NCBI GenBank assembly: GCA_973851085.1
Contig: OZ316776.1
Coordinates: 3,844,001 to 3,908,000, forward strand
Reading direction: 5' to 3'
Origin: Ptychomitrium polyphyllum
Taxonomy: Eukaryota
DNA: 64,000 bases
Part shown: in pieces, positions 60,663 through 64,000 of the stretch
How the letters are laid out: every line of letters begins with the position of its first letter
Position numbering within the stretch: position 1 is the stretch's first letter
Position numbers and translations under genes: made by a program
Notes under the pieces: model-generated
The model's input: only the letters and a program-made list of their open reading frames with translations
Database searches by the model: none
What the model was told of the DNA's origin: nothing

Positions 60663-63044
60663 AGTCTTAGTATGTTCTTACTCCAGTTCAATATCGTCTA
60701 CAAAATGAAGCTTAGTGCACATCAAGGTCTAAAGCTTGTCGTTTTCCAACCCTGCCAAAACTGAAATGATCAAAAAGTGAATTCTATTGCAAGCAGGAGT
60801 ACTTATTTGAACTGTCCATTCATCATTAATCTTTAAGTGGCCATTTGGACCTAAGTGTTCATTTTCACATCTCAATTGAGGTGGAAGAGATCATTAGGAT
60901 TGTTTTTTGCAATAATGGAAAGAAGTCTATTTTGCAACATTGGATAGTTATGCATGTAGTAAATTATGATATTACATATTGCTACATCTTTTCTTCTTAT
61001 GAAGATTCAAAGTAGTCTTTTATAATATAGTTACCTCCATTGATACCTTTATTGTTGTTCAATTGTTCACATATCAATGTCATTAATATAATAATTCATT
61101 TTTGTTCATACAAATCCATTCAATTCCAAATTTGGACTAAATAAAAGTTAAATACACTTATATTCAACCAACCATTGAGCTTATGACTTGACGGTCATTC
61201 CTTACAAATATATGACATTTTCACTTTAAAATAAATCATTGCTTAAATAGGTTATTTAGTACTTTGCTACTATGTATATTCAATATTTTTAATCATAATA
61301 TTACTTGTGTTATATAGTATCCATTTCTTTAAACAAAAGAGTATTTCAACAACAATGTTCTAGATTCTAGTAATACAGGTTTGGAAGTAGAATAAATATG
61401 TACTTATTTGCATTAGTATCCCCCTAAAATTAGAAATTCTACTTCTTTATTCATTAGTCAAATTATAATTTCAAAAATAAATTTTAGATTGCTTATTGGA
61501 ATGGCAATTCTTTCTATAATTGGATGCATTCAACTTTGTATTTAACATTGATATTGGAAGTTGTGTAAATTCAAGAATTAGCATTGAATATTGTATGCAT
61601 ATTTTTTCAATACCTTTATAATAAAATATTAATATATATTAGAATTATTTATAAAGTACCTTTTATTTTTTAAATGATATTTATCTTTTTTTCATTCACA
61701 TATTCATAATAGATGTATTCTCAAGTGCAATTGAAAATAATTAAAATACCTTATATTCAAATTAATAACAACCATTTTTAATTAATAATAAGTAAAAGAT
61801 TTTGATTAAATATAGTTATTTAAATAAAAAACTATTCAAGGTATTAGAATTTTCATATTATAATTGTGAATTCTATTTGAATTCAAAAATACAAGTAAAT
61901 AAGAGTTTAACATAACTTTAATGTTTATTATAGACCTAATGGTTCTAACATAAATAATGTTCTATAAGATAAATTTGTTTATATAATACTTTTTGATGTA
62001 ATAGGAATTTCTTTATTCATTTTAGAATTATTGAAAAGTAATCATATAAATATATACTTTTCAAATTTGGATACATAGTTTTTTTATAAGTTAAGGAGTA
62101 TAGAAGAAAATTTTAATATTGTAAGATTACATAAATAAAAGAATAAATAAAATCATAGTAATTATTTCTTTATGATAATTGTTCTTGGAACACTTTATGT
62201 AAAATCAACAAACAATATTAAACATAGTTAATTAAAAACTAGTATTAAAGGACACCAATGTACTCATAAATAGGTTCCAAAAAAAATTTTGAATTTAGAT
62301 TTAAAAATAATCTTTTGTCTCTTCTAGGTCCTATACAACATTGAGACCTTCATTATTCTATAATGGAACTTATAAAAATTTCTTACATTATAAAAACCGC
62401 CCACTTTTGAATTATTATATGTTCTTGACAAAAAATTATTGACATAAAAAGGGAACAAATGTGATTTACTCACCAAATTTCAACCGAATTTCAACCAAAT
62501 TTTTTTGCAAACCTCCAATTTGGTGGCATGAGCTATCACACAAAGGACAAGAAAAAACAAAGTTTGGCATAATAGGCACCCCTTCTAGCCGTCTTGGTAA
62601 AAAAAGCAAAGAACTAAAAAAGAAATCAGAAGCTCAACCAGTTCATTGCAGTGCAAAAATTCCCTTCAGAAAGAGAACTTCATCCAGACCACCATCCATC
62701 CATTAGGACAAGGAAAGGGGACTTCGTCCACGCGCCATCCATCCATATTGGACGAACAGAGAACTTCATCAAGAACATCACCGATCTTGGGAGCGAGAAA
62801 CGGGCGTCGCCCGGCGGCCATCGTCTGCCGTTAGGGAGCGTGAAGCGGCGGTGCCCTCTCCGAACACGGCGTTATCTTCCTTCCCGCACTGCGTGCTTTG
62901 CATTCCTCTCCGAACCTCGCAGCGCCGCACCATCATCCTCCTTGCACCACCCACGCCTCTGACTTGCGTACTCTTTGCCGTTGGCTGTCTCAAATTGCCA
63001 CAAACTCTTTCTGTTCGTGCGTCTATTCTTGCTTGGGATTCCTC

Positions 63045-63154
63045 TAGGGTTTGGTGCTAGGGTTTGTTGGTAGGGTTTAGATCCCGGGATTTGGATATCG
63101 GAGTTGTTTTAGGGAGTGAGTTTTTGAAGCGAGTGAAATTGTCAGCTAGGGTTT
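63045..63154 (+). promoter_or_regulatory. Four telo-boxes (TAGGGTTT, reverse of AAACCCTA) upstream of the last ORF
   Basis: TAGGGTTT at 63045, 63058, 63071 and 63147, all within 145 bp of the ATG at 63188. Confidence 0.6.
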
Positions 63155-63187
63155 TGAGTTCATTTTCGGAGTTTGGGATATCTGGCG

Positions 63188-64000
63188 ATGGCGATGGCGA
63201 TGGGTATGGGCGTTGGAGGGCAGCAGGGTCACCACCCTTCGATGTCCTGGTGGGACGCTCCTCTGAAGCATCGGAAGTGGTGGGGCAAGGGTGCGAGTCA
63301 AGGCTTTGACAGGTACAATAAGAGCATCAAAGTGATAGAGCAGGGTCAGGGTCAGGGTTATGATCCGCCGAGGTTGAAGGATTTGAGAAAGCAGAATCGT
63401 GTGAGGACTAGGAAGTTTTATGGTAAGAAGAGAGGGGTTCCGAGGAGTGTGCCTAGAGCGCCTTATAACGACAGCAGTTTTCTGATGAATGTAAGGAGGT
63501 CGGGAGGTTTAGAGAAGTTGGTATCACCGTCGCCTTCTGATGCTTTTTCTTCGCCTGCATGTTCGAGTTACAAGTCGGGTGCATATGAGCCGGTTGTGGA
63601 TCAAAATGATTACGGTTATGGCTCTATGACAGGCCTTATCCATCTTCGGCCTACTGAGGAAGGTGATCGATCAAGCGGTAGCACTGTCGAGAACAATTCT
63701 TTTGATGACATGTGTGTGGAGCAGCCTGCAGTTTCTTCTGCTGATTCCGCACTGCGGCTTGAGCAGCGGCTTGACCGGGATGTTAGTCGGTTCGAGATGA
63801 CCCCCTTGCCTGAGAGGACATCGGAGTATCTGATGGAGCACCGGGTGACGAGGCAGGATATGCACATCGCTCAACTGGAAGACGAGAATCTTGTTTTGAA
63901 AGAACGTCTTTTCTTGGTGCAACAAGAGGTTGGGGAGCTTGTGCAAAGACTACAAGGAGGTGAAAGATGCCGCGTGGATGAGAGCGATGAGAATGATGAT
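63188..64000 (+). CDS. PRLI-interacting factor A-like protein (plant family; basic region plus C-terminal coiled coil), truncated by the window end
   Basis: Open frame of 271 codons from ATG 63188 with no stop, so it is absent from the ORF track. Contains YDPPRLKDLRKQNRVRTRKFY, APYNDSSFLM, SGGLEKLVSP, GYGSMTGLIHLR, LEQRLDRDVSRFEM and HIAQLEDENLVLKERLFL, which match family motifs as I recall them. Confidence 0.85.
   Translation, partial: MAMAMGMGVGGQQGHHPSMSWWDAPLKHRKWWGKGASQGFDRYNKSIKVIEQGQGQGYDPPRLKDLRKQNRVRTRKFYGKKRGVPRSVPRAPYNDSSFLMNVRRSGGLEKLVSPSPSDAFSSPACSSYKSGAYEPVVDQNDYGYGSMTGLIHLRPTEEGDRSSGSTVENNSFDDMCVEQPAVSSADSALRLEQRLDRDVSRFEMTPLPERTSEYLMEHRVTRQDMHIAQLEDENLVLKERLFLVQQEVGELVQRLQGGERCRVDESDENDD

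Overview
Intron-rich eukaryotic nuclear DNA from a land plant, most likely a moss (inferred from gene content and the chromovirus family; Physcomitrium-like, not proven). Eight protein-coding genes are supported. Seven are on +: a TAA1/TAR tryptophan aminotransferase (1665-3853), a GH32 cell-wall-type invertase with an intronless CDS (6932-8782), a Pro-rich protein with a degenerate HMA domain (10497-12277), a Ycf45-like AAA/R3H protein (14542-18456), a domesticated hAT-derived protein (21912-24301), an ABCC/MRP transporter (52490-60662) and a PRLI-interacting-factor-A-like ORF that runs off the window end (63188->64000). JMJ30/JMJD5 is on - (35847-32858). A nested LTR cluster at 40.7-47.6 kb contains a decayed chromodomain-bearing Ty3/gypsy element with two solo LTRs inserted into it, each with a perfect 5-bp TSD. 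The LTRs carry heat-shock-element arrays and a candidate self-priming PBS. The 25.7-31.4 kb island holds decayed ORFs and a 24-bp/21-bp minisatellite pair. The most speculative high-interest lead is that the last ORF has a HEXIM-like layout (KHRK, basic region, APYNDSSFLM, acidic region, coiled coil). Exon coordinates were read by eye and no database searches were run.
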